Origin: a virus
Lineage: Duplodnaviria; Caudoviricetes
DNA length: 64,000 bases
Reading direction: 5' to 3' (one strand)
Virus record (IMG/VR): IMGVR_UViG_3300042691_041259
Location: 138,506-202,505 of that record
Made by a program: the position numbers and the translations under genes. Below the pieces are notes generated by a model that saw only the letters and a list, made by a program, of their open reading frames with translations, had not been told where the DNA came from and did no database searches. Positions 11,218 through 19,892 of this stretch are shown here, piece after piece. Each line of letters begins with the position of its first letter. The first letter of the stretch is position 1.

Positions 11218-11565
11218 TTATTCAAAATCGGGCAAAAAGCCAAGACTATTCATACAGTCTTGATTAAAGTATGCCTGTTGTGATCTTGGATATTTGTTAC
11301 TAAAAATAATTTTATCATCTTTAGCGACATCCAAAAAGTATACCCCTCCACCAATACCGGCTGTGATTGCCCATTCGGCGCCAGATCCACGTTCTTTTGC
11401 TACGTAAACATCCACTTGATCAAAGCGATTGTCATCGTCAAGCGTTTCTTCGCTTCTTTCCGCATCTCTGTCAAAGCTTATTCCACCAAGTCTTAATTGT
11501 TTTTCAATATCAAAAGGTAAATGCGCTTCGCCAACAAACGCCTCAAACGTTTTTAAGTGCTTCAT
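11218..11565 (-). CDS. Putative internal head protein with capsid-targeting-like N-terminus
   Basis: Begins MKHLKTFEAFVGE. Overlaps the amidoligase stop. Confidence 0.65.
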   Translation of the reverse strand: MKHLKTFEAFVGEAHLPFDIEKQLRLGGISFDRDAERSEETLDDDNRFDQVDVYVAKERGSGAEWAITAGIGGGVYFLDVAKDDKIIFSNKYPRSQQAYFNQDCMNSLGFLPDFE

Positions 11566-12965
11566 TTCTTTTCTTTCTTTTTATCTTTTTCCTTGGATTC
11601 ATCCTTGTAACTACCTGGAGATTCTACGGGTTCTTTCTCTTCAACAATCATGGTTTCTTTAGAAACATTGGCAAGTTTTCCAATCTCCCCGTTACGTATT
11701 ACCCCTCTCACGACTTGGCAATTAATGATATTTGACTTGTTTTCAATAAAGCAATCATTACAAGCATTTTCAACATGTAATGGAGATTCCACTATCTTTG
11801 AAAAGTCAACCGTGTTTCCTTTTGGAAATACGCTAAATCCAATACGGCTATTCTTAATTTTACAACCGTAAAAAGAACAACGATCCATAACACCTTCAAG
11901 TTCGCAATCAATTATTTCTAAATCGGTAAGCCTACAATTTTTTAATTTGGTGCTCTTTAATTGAAAACGACCAATTTCACTATCCAAATTAAACTCGCCT
12001 TTGGTCATACCGCCAGAAACAATAATTTCAAATAGTTTGTCTCTAAGATTGATCCAAACGCCTTCGAGTACATCATCATTGTCGTTCATATCTAATGTTA
12101 CCTTAATATCAGGGAACTCCTTTTTAAACGACGCATATTTTACAAAAGCTTGCGATATTTTATTTTGCTTTTCAATCATTTTCTTGAACTCTCGCACTTC
12201 CGATGACGTGAAATCCATGAAATTAAGAACAGAATGCATATGCGTAATAAAGTAAGAAACCAGATCTAAAATCTTCTTGGTTTTCTTTTCATAATCCGCG
12301 CCACCCATGTAACGATATTCCAAGTAGTTCTTTTCGAGTTTGAGGAAATTTACGCCATAATACTTTTCAAATGGAGTTTGGAAAGCATTTCTGCTGTAAA
12401 CTGTGCTATCTTTATTGATAAAGAAGGCTGACTTATTTGGAAGAATTTCTTTAATGCTTCGAGCATAAACAGAATCTCTTCTCTTTGGAAAAACTGAGTA
12501 CACGTTTTCTTCATCAAAAGAAAGAATGAACTTTAGAACATTCATATTTTTGATGTCAAATATGGTTGGAAGCTGAACATCGTCAATAGAAATGTTGACG
12601 TGAATGGAGCATCTTTCCGTGGTGTACCCATTATTGCTAATCCATTCCAGCACTTTAATAATGACATTCCGGGCTTCTGTATATTTCATTGGCCCAGTCA
12701 CTAATTCGCACATAGTCTTTCCACCGGAATAGTCCGGTTCGAGCTTAAAAATCTCATCGGTTGGTGCTACTGGAGAGTGGTACAGCGGTTTAGGTTCTTT
12801 AATATCGGAAAGGGCCATTGGAACAACAACCCGTTTCCCGATATATTTTGATATTGACCGCGCTGTCTCTAAATGGCCTTTCAAATTAGAATAGAATTCA
12901 AATTCTATCCCAATCTTTCCTGCCTCTAAAATTTCTGCAGGGCTATAGTTCTTCTTAATTTTCAT
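11562..12965 (-). CDS. Putative amidoligase (COOH-NH2 ligase type 2)
   Basis: GIEFEF, ELVTGP, CSIHVNIS, KYYGVNF and LEYRYMGG motifs in the family order. Confidence 0.8.
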   Translation of the reverse strand: MKIKKNYSPAEILEAGKIGIEFEFYSNLKGHLETARSISKYIGKRVVVPMALSDIKEPKPLYHSPVAPTDEIFKLEPDYSGGKTMCELVTGPMKYTEARNVIIKVLEWISNNGYTTERCSIHVNISIDDVQLPTIFDIKNMNVLKFILSFDEENVYSVFPKRRDSVYARSIKEILPNKSAFFINKDSTVYSRNAFQTPFEKYYGVNFLKLEKNYLEYRYMGGADYEKKTKKILDLVSYFITHMHSVLNFMDFTSSEVREFKKMIEKQNKISQAFVKYASFKKEFPDIKVTLDMNDNDDVLEGVWINLRDKLFEIIVSGGMTKGEFNLDSEIGRFQLKSTKLKNCRLTDLEIIDCELEGVMDRCSFYGCKIKNSRIGFSVFPKGNTVDFSKIVESPLHVENACNDCFIENKSNIINCQVVRGVIRNGEIGKLANVSKETMIVEEKEPVESPGSYKDESKEKDKKKEKK

Positions 12966-12982
12966 TTAAACAGCTTTCTTTT

Positions 12983-12992
12983 TATATTTATC
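12983..12992 (-). promoter_or_regulatory. Late-promoter-like motif GATAAATATA
   Basis: Immediately upstream of the amidoligase. Recurs upstream of structural genes and resembles the T4 late TATAAATA box. Confidence 0.55.
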
Positions 12993-13006
12993 TCAGTATG
13001 AGTAAC

Positions 13007-14221
13007 TTATTCTTCGTTAGGGATTGTCAAAAAGATTTTATCATTGTGTACGCGTTCAACGGACACCATTACGTGGTCACCTACCGCGTAATTCTTCTTT
13101 TTGATTTTTATTTCTTTCTTGGAAATTAAGCCTACAATATCTTTCTGCAGCTTTACCAAAGTACCAAACGGCTGAATTGAAACAACTTCGCCACCTGTGA
13201 TCACTCCTAAATGTTTTTCTTTGAACTCTTCAAGCTCTTTCATACGAATGCTTGGATCTTCATCGGTAAGAATAATTTTCTTATCTGGCGTAATTTCTTT
13301 AATCCAGAATTGAACGGTATTTCCTGCCGAAAATACGCCACTCTTAAAGTCTTCCCGCATTTCAGGAGTCATTTTACTTGTATGTATAAGACCTGTGAAG
13401 ATCTCATTAAATTCTACAAATACACCAAACTTGGCAGTACCAGTGACTGTTCCTGTATATTTTTCTTCCAGGCTAAGGCTTTCAATTTTTGAAGGCAATA
13501 CGTGTGAAAGATATTTTTTGTGGCTGAATACAAATGTTCCAGCGTCTCTGAGGTAATCTTCCACCATTACGTATATTTCTTTGCCCAGCATTGAATCAAA
13601 GTCTCTTACAATATTAGCCGCTGCCAAAGAACCAGGTAAGAAACCTTCTATACCGGCAACGTTAACCAGGAATCCACCACCATTTCTGCTGATGATTTTT
13701 GCGGTGTACGCGCTGGTAGGCTTTTCAATTTGTTGGAAGAACTCAGAACGAATGCTTTGAGAATGTCCTTTGCTTAGAGAAGCTATTGTATAAGGCTTTA
13801 TGGTTTCAATTACCACTTTTTTGCCTTCAGCTCCAATAAATCCTGAAAAAGCGCCCTCGGTGTTTTTCATCCAGTCTACAAAAGACTCTTGATTCATACC
13901 AACAGTCTTAAAGTATGGCTTTTCTTTTTCCAATTGAATCACAGCGTCAATCATACCTGAAAGGGTAACTACCATTTCAGTGTCATTGATACTAACCACG
14001 GAAGTGATTGCGTGATATTCCCCAACTTTTGGTTCTTTTACGCCGCCAGCTGTGGATTTTTCATAGCGGAGATACATTTCTTCTGCACCGCTGTCATGTC
14101 TCCAAATCTTTACTCCATATTTCTTTAGGAGAACGGGATTTGGGATTCTTCTTGCTTGACGGTCTTCTGCTTCAAAAGCCGCCCAGTCAAAGTCGAGTGT
14201 TGTGTTATTTTTGATTTGCAT
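13007..14221 (-). CDS. Ribosomal protein S1-like, multi-S1-domain RNA-binding protein
   Basis: Four S1/OB repeats, e.g. GGGFLVNVAGIEGFLPGS, GTVTGTAKFGVFVEF...GLIHTSKM, GEVVSIQPFGTLVKL...GLISKKEI. Confidence 0.85.
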   Translation of the reverse strand: MQIKNNTTLDFDWAAFEAEDRQARRIPNPVLLKKYGVKIWRHDSGAEEMYLRYEKSTAGGVKEPKVGEYHAITSVVSINDTEMVVTLSGMIDAVIQLEKEKPYFKTVGMNQESFVDWMKNTEGAFSGFIGAEGKKVVIETIKPYTIASLSKGHSQSIRSEFFQQIEKPTSAYTAKIISRNGGGFLVNVAGIEGFLPGSLAAANIVRDFDSMLGKEIYVMVEDYLRDAGTFVFSHKKYLSHVLPSKIESLSLEEKYTGTVTGTAKFGVFVEFNEIFTGLIHTSKMTPEMREDFKSGVFSAGNTVQFWIKEITPDKKIILTDEDPSIRMKELEEFKEKHLGVITGGEVVSIQPFGTLVKLQKDIVGLISKKEIKIKKKNYAVGDHVMVSVERVHNDKIFLTIPNEE

Positions 14222-14240
14222 ATTTATAGGTTTTCTATGT

Positions 14241-14249
14241 CTATATATC
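14241..14249 (-). promoter_or_regulatory. Late-promoter-like motif GATATATAG
   Basis: In the short gap upstream of the S1-like gene. Identical 9-mer at 27126, 27159(+), 35830, 59161(+) and 63594. Confidence 0.6.
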
Positions 14250-14251
14250 TT

Positions 14252-17200
14252 TTACGGAATTGCTTGATAGCCTGTAGCCGCCAAGTATGTGGAACCAAGT
14301 CCTGACTTTCTTTGAGCTGTTGCTACTAATTGGTCTAGCCAAATTACAAAAGGAACATTCTTATCGCTTAGGCCTTCCCAAGTTGGGAGTTTTTCGAGAG
14401 GCTTAGTCGGATGTAATTTTGTAAAGGCAAGCCTTGCCGGAGAAAAACTGCAGGCTAGTAGTTTTACAATCAATGGCGTATTGTTAAAAAGCAGAGGCAG
14501 CACTGAATTTAGCAAAGGCTCTAAAATAGGCTTAAACAGCTCCCAACTTACATCGTAAAAAGGCCCGTCCTTTCCAGGAAGACTGAGTTTTGGCGGAAAT
14601 TGGAAAAGCTCAATAATACTTAAAAACGGAAAGCTTCCTAACGCATTTATTGTGTTAATTAACGTAGAAACGCCGTCAAGCGCAGGATACACCGTTGATT
14701 CAAGAACTCCTCCTATAAAGCTTTTTATATCGCTACCTTTAATATCAGACAGACCAACGCCAAAGAGCGCTTTAACAATTAAAGAAACGGCAATTAGCTT
14801 CTGTACATTTTCTGAGGAAACGGCTTCATAAATTTTTGCCATGATAGTTGCTTTAATTGAATCAAAGGCTACTTGTGCGGCTTCTTTCATAAGAGTTTTA
14901 ATAAGAGACCCGGGTATCACAATTTGAGAAGGTAATCCAATCTTTCCTGGAAGTGGAACTTTAAACTTAAAAGGTATTTGCTTAACCATGTCAATAGTCT
15001 GCTTAAGCATATTGTAGCTTTCTGGATCGGGTATCACAAGTTCTGGAACCGCATCAAGCAAACCATTGATGGTGTTGTAAAACAATCTCTCCGCCGAAGG
15101 AAGATTTCCGCTAAGATCTAGTTCAAAAGACACTAGGTTTGCTATTTGTTCAAGCGGCAATGCATCAATAATAGAAGGCGCCGCTTTGAAAGCGCCTATC
15201 AGTACATATATGTATGGCGGAACTACCGGTAGCTGAATGTTTGTGTAACATGGAAATGGAAGAACCAGCGCGTCCACTGTTTTTGAGACAAACCCAAGAA
15301 TTTCAGGGTTTATCTTTTTAGCAGCTTCCTCTAAAGGTTTCTTTATCAGCTTTTTAATTATTTTTGCTCGCTCTCGCACTTTTTCATCTAGAGAAGTATC
15401 AAAAGACAGCCTAGATTCTAATTCGTCAATTTCTGCATCGATTTCTCTAAAAAATCTTTTCACATTAGGGGTATCAACTTGCTGCAGTACCTGCTCACGA
15501 AGCTTTTTCTTTATATTGATAGTAGGTATCCCAATTCCTAGAGCTTTAAGCAGCTCGCTTTGTAACTCCGCCGGTGCTGAAGTGACTGTATCAATTGCCT
15601 TATTGAGATTGTCCATAATTTCTCCTGGCCCTAAAGTTTTTAGCAACAACTTTTTATCATCTTTAGGAAATTTAATAGAATTTACTTTAATGCCATCTAT
15701 AGCTTTTACCGCACCAGCAAACACTTCTGTTAAAGCCGCTTCAATTTCTGCAGGATTTGGCGGTAGGCCTTCAAAAGCTTCCCTGATTTGTTGTCTCTTA
15801 GCACGTGCTGCCGCAGAATTGCCACCTATTGAAGGCGGATCCGGTATTTCCAATTGCGAATAAGAAGACTTAATCTTCTCTTTAAGCTTATCAATGATAT
15901 TTTTTCCGCTGTCTGGATTTCCAACATCGTTATTAGCATTGCCTACTAATAGTTTTCCTAATGGCGAAGACAGATTGATCTTGACTCCGCCTGGAGGCAA
16001 CAATATGTCTAATAAAGACTTTTCTTCAAGTGGATTGACTCCAGCCACCGTAGGGTGTGGTATTGAACATGGTCCTCGAGATGTCAACATAAATGTTGCA
16101 TCCCCCTTTTCATCAATAAACATAATAAACGGAGCTGGAATAAATCCAGCAAGAGCAATCCAAATAACAATTGTTCCTAAAGGAGTACTGATAGTTATGA
16201 TATGTTTCCAAAGAAGAGGCAGAGGTATGCTAATTAAAGGATCGGGTATCCCAAGAGCAAGCGTAGGTATGGCCGGTATTGGAGGTATTGGAAATTGAAT
16301 AGCCACTGGATAGTATCGAAAAAGCCTGACACTAAAATTGGTAGGATCCAATTCAGGTACCGGTAGCACACTTACCTTTTGCATTATTTTTGTGTACTCT
16401 TTCCAGTAACAGTTCTTAATAAATGTAGGACATCGGCCATCAGATGGTCTTTGACCTACTGGATCTGAACCCAATTTATCCTTGCATTCTTTCTCTAAAT
16501 TTGTAGAGTCACCTCCATCAACAGGGGCTCCAAGTTTTTTAGCTGTATTTTCAATGTTTGCTTGATTCTCTTCAACACAAATTTGACAGCTTTCCATTAA
16601 AGCATCTAGTGAAGCCAGTTCTTCTTGCAATTTTTCGTAATATGTGCGGGCAACAAATGATTTTCTAGAAAAATCGTCTATATTACTAATTGAATACAGT
16701 TGGATCAGATCGTCTAAAAACCCGCGGTTTTCAATGTTATCAAAGAAAACAAGCGCTGCTTCCCTTTTTGCTGCTTGGTCAATCGGGCCATTGATAAAAT
16801 TTGCATACGCAGCAGAGTTTTCAATGTCTTGAGCTTTTTGGATAACCTTTTCACGAGTTTTTTTATCTAGGTTTTCTAAAAAATCTTGTGCTATCTCATC
16901 ATTACTTTTCAAATCTTGAGAGGCTGCCGGAACCTGTATTATGACTTCCTCTTCCAGACCATTTTTTACCACTTTATTAACTGTTTCGCCTACAGGCTCT
17001 CCTCTATCATTAAACTGTGGCTTTGGCTGTGTGTAGCCTTGCTCTTGATATGTAAAGAAGTAGTCTATTCTTTTTGCTGAGAAGAACGGCTTCCATATGC
17101 CAACTTCAAAAAGACCTTGCCTATCTTTTACTAGGTTTTCTCCAGAATACTCTGGAACGTCAATGGGTATGATGTAATTCACTAGCGGTTCAGAAATGCC

Positions 17201-19123
17201 TGTGATTGTGTTAAGCTTTCCGCCTAATGATGTCCCCGTTCCTGATATGTATGACGGATTCCAGACTGTACTAGGTGTATTGATAGACTCTTGCCAAAGC
17301 TCTTGACAGCGCCCTCTAACATCATAATAAGAATCCGTTTCCGCGGTTATTTTAAGAATTCCCGGAGCTTTAATGCTCCATTGATTAAATTGCGTAGGTA
17401 AGTACCCTACCAAATTACTCAGTGGATTTGTGTCTATGTTTAGCCCCTGGCGAATTTGCTGGAGGTTTCCATTTGCAATATTGTTAAGTTCATCTTTAAA
17501 TCCATTAAATTGGGTTTCAACCGCAATTAGATTTTCATTTTCATCATTGATTGTTAATGTATAAATTCCTTGTCCTTCATAATTAAGATAAGTCAAAGCT
17601 TCCACCCCGCTAAGAAAATCTTCTGAATTAGTGTACACTCCATTTGTTAGGGATGAGTAATCAGTAGACTCTGCTATAACAGCGTCGCGATCTCTAATAA
17701 TCGCAATCAATTGATTATTGAAAAAATCTATGTAATCTTTTAGCCTATCAAAATACTGGATTGTTATCTTGTGTAAAATTGCATGCGAGTAGAACGCATA
17801 CCATTTATTACTTGCGTCTCCTTTCTGCGCTCCACATTTTTGCATCTGCTGAGAAAAAGCATCAATTTCAGAAAGAACTTCTTGAACTTTATTGAGCTCC
17901 CCTTCCTGTGAAGGAATTTCTACATTTGGATAATCCACTGCTACCGATCCATCTTCACCCACACTCGCAAACCCTGATATGTCGGCTGCTATTCCAGCAG
18001 CTCCAGCAGCCCCACTTTCATCACCATCTGTAGGAACTTTGCAAGTCTCGTCATGAATTTTTTGAATCTCTTCCTCCCTATACGCAGATGGCTTAGGTGT
18101 TACATCCGCACATTTATTGATAACCTTTCCTATTTGTGATGGATACGTATCCTCAGGGTCCGGCAAGCCTATTTGTGTTGTGACATTACTTACAGGGTCA
18201 GACAATCCTGCTTCTTGTGCTGCACCATTGTTTACAAGGTCAGGCAATCCTATTATGGATTGAACATTTAATTCTTTTATTTGCTTTTCATTTTCAAAAA
18301 AAGTTTGAGCCTCTTTTTCAATATCAACGTCCTTTACTAAGTTTACTCCAAGTATTTTAGTCTGCTCAAAAAATTCAACTTTGTCCTTTGCATTTTTCAG
18401 AGCATTTTTTACAGATGGCACTCCTAAAAATTGCTCTTTTGCGAGATTTTGCAGCTCTTCAAGTTCTTCTGGCCCAGATTCCGATAAGAGTTTTTTGTAT
18501 GTTACACCTGCCAAATTTTGCAAAGCCTCTTCAGCAGAACCAAATTTTGCATCGGGTGCCCATGCAAATGTTCCAATTCCTATTTTGAATCTTACGCCAA
18601 GCTCAATTGGACCAAACTTAAAACCTAGCACAGCATCAATAGTAGGTATTGTGATAGCTATTTTTAACTTTGAAAACGCGTTTAAATCAATTCCACTCAA
18701 ATCCATTACCTTTGTAATATCAATGTTTGGATTTTCTGTGATTTCAGTAATTTTGAATTTGCCAACCTTCTTTTCCGGATCCGTGATTTTTACATCATCA
18801 AAATTGACATCGCCATCGGGAAGGCTAAAAAGCGTTTCCACTAATTTTGTAAGCTGCGACATTTTTCCAAGAGGGTCAACTTTCCCAATAAATCGCTCTT
18901 CAATAGGAATTTCGGGATACTCGTTGTAGTCGCTGGATGTTACTGTTTGACTGAACAGATTTTCTATTTCTTTGGCTTTTTTGATGACCGCTTGTTTTGG
19001 AGCAAGCACGCCATCAGGCACGGCTTCGTTTAGAATCTTGTTTATTTCGTCAAGAAGCTCTTTTGCTTCTTTTGATTTTGATTCACAACATGTACAATTG
19101 ATACCGTGAATTTCACTCTTCAT
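14252..19123 (-). CDS. Large hypothetical virion protein (1,623 aa), probably baseplate hub/tail-associated
   Basis: Long ORF whose start overlaps the gp5-like stop. Coiled-coil middle; Pro/Ile/Leu-rich hydrophobic C-terminal half. No recognisable catalytic motif. Confidence 0.6.
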   Translation of the reverse strand: MKSEIHGINCTCCESKSKEAKELLDEINKILNEAVPDGVLAPKQAVIKKAKEIENLFSQTVTSSDYNEYPEIPIEERFIGKVDPLGKMSQLTKLVETLFSLPDGDVNFDDVKITDPEKKVGKFKITEITENPNIDITKVMDLSGIDLNAFSKLKIAITIPTIDAVLGFKFGPIELGVRFKIGIGTFAWAPDAKFGSAEEALQNLAGVTYKKLLSESGPEELEELQNLAKEQFLGVPSVKNALKNAKDKVEFFEQTKILGVNLVKDVDIEKEAQTFFENEKQIKELNVQSIIGLPDLVNNGAAQEAGLSDPVSNVTTQIGLPDPEDTYPSQIGKVINKCADVTPKPSAYREEEIQKIHDETCKVPTDGDESGAAGAAGIAADISGFASVGEDGSVAVDYPNVEIPSQEGELNKVQEVLSEIDAFSQQMQKCGAQKGDASNKWYAFYSHAILHKITIQYFDRLKDYIDFFNNQLIAIIRDRDAVIAESTDYSSLTNGVYTNSEDFLSGVEALTYLNYEGQGIYTLTINDENENLIAVETQFNGFKDELNNIANGNLQQIRQGLNIDTNPLSNLVGYLPTQFNQWSIKAPGILKITAETDSYYDVRGRCQELWQESINTPSTVWNPSYISGTGTSLGGKLNTITGISEPLVNYIIPIDVPEYSGENLVKDRQGLFEVGIWKPFFSAKRIDYFFTYQEQGYTQPKPQFNDRGEPVGETVNKVVKNGLEEEVIIQVPAASQDLKSNDEIAQDFLENLDKKTREKVIQKAQDIENSAAYANFINGPIDQAAKREAALVFFDNIENRGFLDDLIQLYSISNIDDFSRKSFVARTYYEKLQEELASLDALMESCQICVEENQANIENTAKKLGAPVDGGDSTNLEKECKDKLGSDPVGQRPSDGRCPTFIKNCYWKEYTKIMQKVSVLPVPELDPTNFSVRLFRYYPVAIQFPIPPIPAIPTLALGIPDPLISIPLPLLWKHIITISTPLGTIVIWIALAGFIPAPFIMFIDEKGDATFMLTSRGPCSIPHPTVAGVNPLEEKSLLDILLPPGGVKINLSSPLGKLLVGNANNDVGNPDSGKNIIDKLKEKIKSSYSQLEIPDPPSIGGNSAAARAKRQQIREAFEGLPPNPAEIEAALTEVFAGAVKAIDGIKVNSIKFPKDDKKLLLKTLGPGEIMDNLNKAIDTVTSAPAELQSELLKALGIGIPTINIKKKLREQVLQQVDTPNVKRFFREIDAEIDELESRLSFDTSLDEKVRERAKIIKKLIKKPLEEAAKKINPEILGFVSKTVDALVLPFPCYTNIQLPVVPPYIYVLIGAFKAAPSIIDALPLEQIANLVSFELDLSGNLPSAERLFYNTINGLLDAVPELVIPDPESYNMLKQTIDMVKQIPFKFKVPLPGKIGLPSQIVIPGSLIKTLMKEAAQVAFDSIKATIMAKIYEAVSSENVQKLIAVSLIVKALFGVGLSDIKGSDIKSFIGGVLESTVYPALDGVSTLINTINALGSFPFLSIIELFQFPPKLSLPGKDGPFYDVSWELFKPILEPLLNSVLPLLFNNTPLIVKLLACSFSPARLAFTKLHPTKPLEKLPTWEGLSDKNVPFVIWLDQLVATAQRKSGLGSTYLAATGYQAIP

Positions 19124-19887
19124 TATTGAGATAGTTTAACATTCTTTGACGTAGAAAGCTGCTCAAAAGAAGACGCAGCGCCAGTCATTATACCAGGCGT
19201 TGAAGGCAATTTTGCATCAATAGCGCCTGCCATCATTTTTAAAAAGGTCCATAAAGGCTCTGCCAATACACCAGAATAAACTGGCGCAGGCCCGAGTTTG
19301 GTGGCGGCGGTTCCATTCATCGCAACTTCTGAAGATTCCCCTTTTATTAGAGAATTTGAAGTAATGTTAATTGTGCTATTTGCTGTGATATTGATGGTTG
19401 TACCAACAAGCTCAATTATACTTTGGCTATCTTTATGTTCAATAGTTATACTGCTATCTGGATTGATTGTAATATGAGAATCTTTGTGAAAGATTTCCAT
19501 ACCATTACCAGGAGTGTAGTAGACTTTTAATTGCTCATCCTCATCGTATGCAAGCACATGACTATTAAGATAGGTGTCACTAATATCAGATTGCATAGCC
19601 CGGTTAATTGTCTGAATACCATAGTATTCGGGAGAATACAGATTGCCTTCAGAAAATTGGACTCTTACAATTGCGCCGATTTTTGGAATGGAAAGACTTC
19701 CAAATCCGCCAGGGCCACCTGCAAATACAGTGTTCGTTACTGGGAAAGCCCAAGGAACGTTTTCGTCTTCTACATCATCAAAAAGACTGAAGACTTTGAT
19801 TTTGCATCTGCCTAATTTTTCGGGATCATTATTGTCAACGACTGGGCCTACCCAAATTCTGTCTCTTAGTTCTGCTTTTGTTGCCAT
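19123..19887 (-). CDS. Baseplate central spike, gp5/gpV-like OB-fold protein
   Basis: GPVVDNNDPEKLGRCKIKV...PWAFP and P-x-IG-x-x-V-x-V-x-F-x-x-GN-x-x-x-P-x-Y-x-G motifs, then a short beta-helix-like tail. No lysozyme domain. Confidence 0.85.
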   Translation of the reverse strand: MATKAELRDRIWVGPVVDNNDPEKLGRCKIKVFSLFDDVEDENVPWAFPVTNTVFAGGPGGFGSLSIPKIGAIVRVQFSEGNLYSPEYYGIQTINRAMQSDISDTYLNSHVLAYDEDEQLKVYYTPGNGMEIFHKDSHITINPDSSITIEHKDSQSIIELVGTTINITANSTINITSNSLIKGESSEVAMNGTAATKLGPAPVYSGVLAEPLWTFLKMMAGAIDAKLPSTPGIMTGAASSFEQLSTSKNVKLSQ

Positions 19888-19892
19888 TTACC

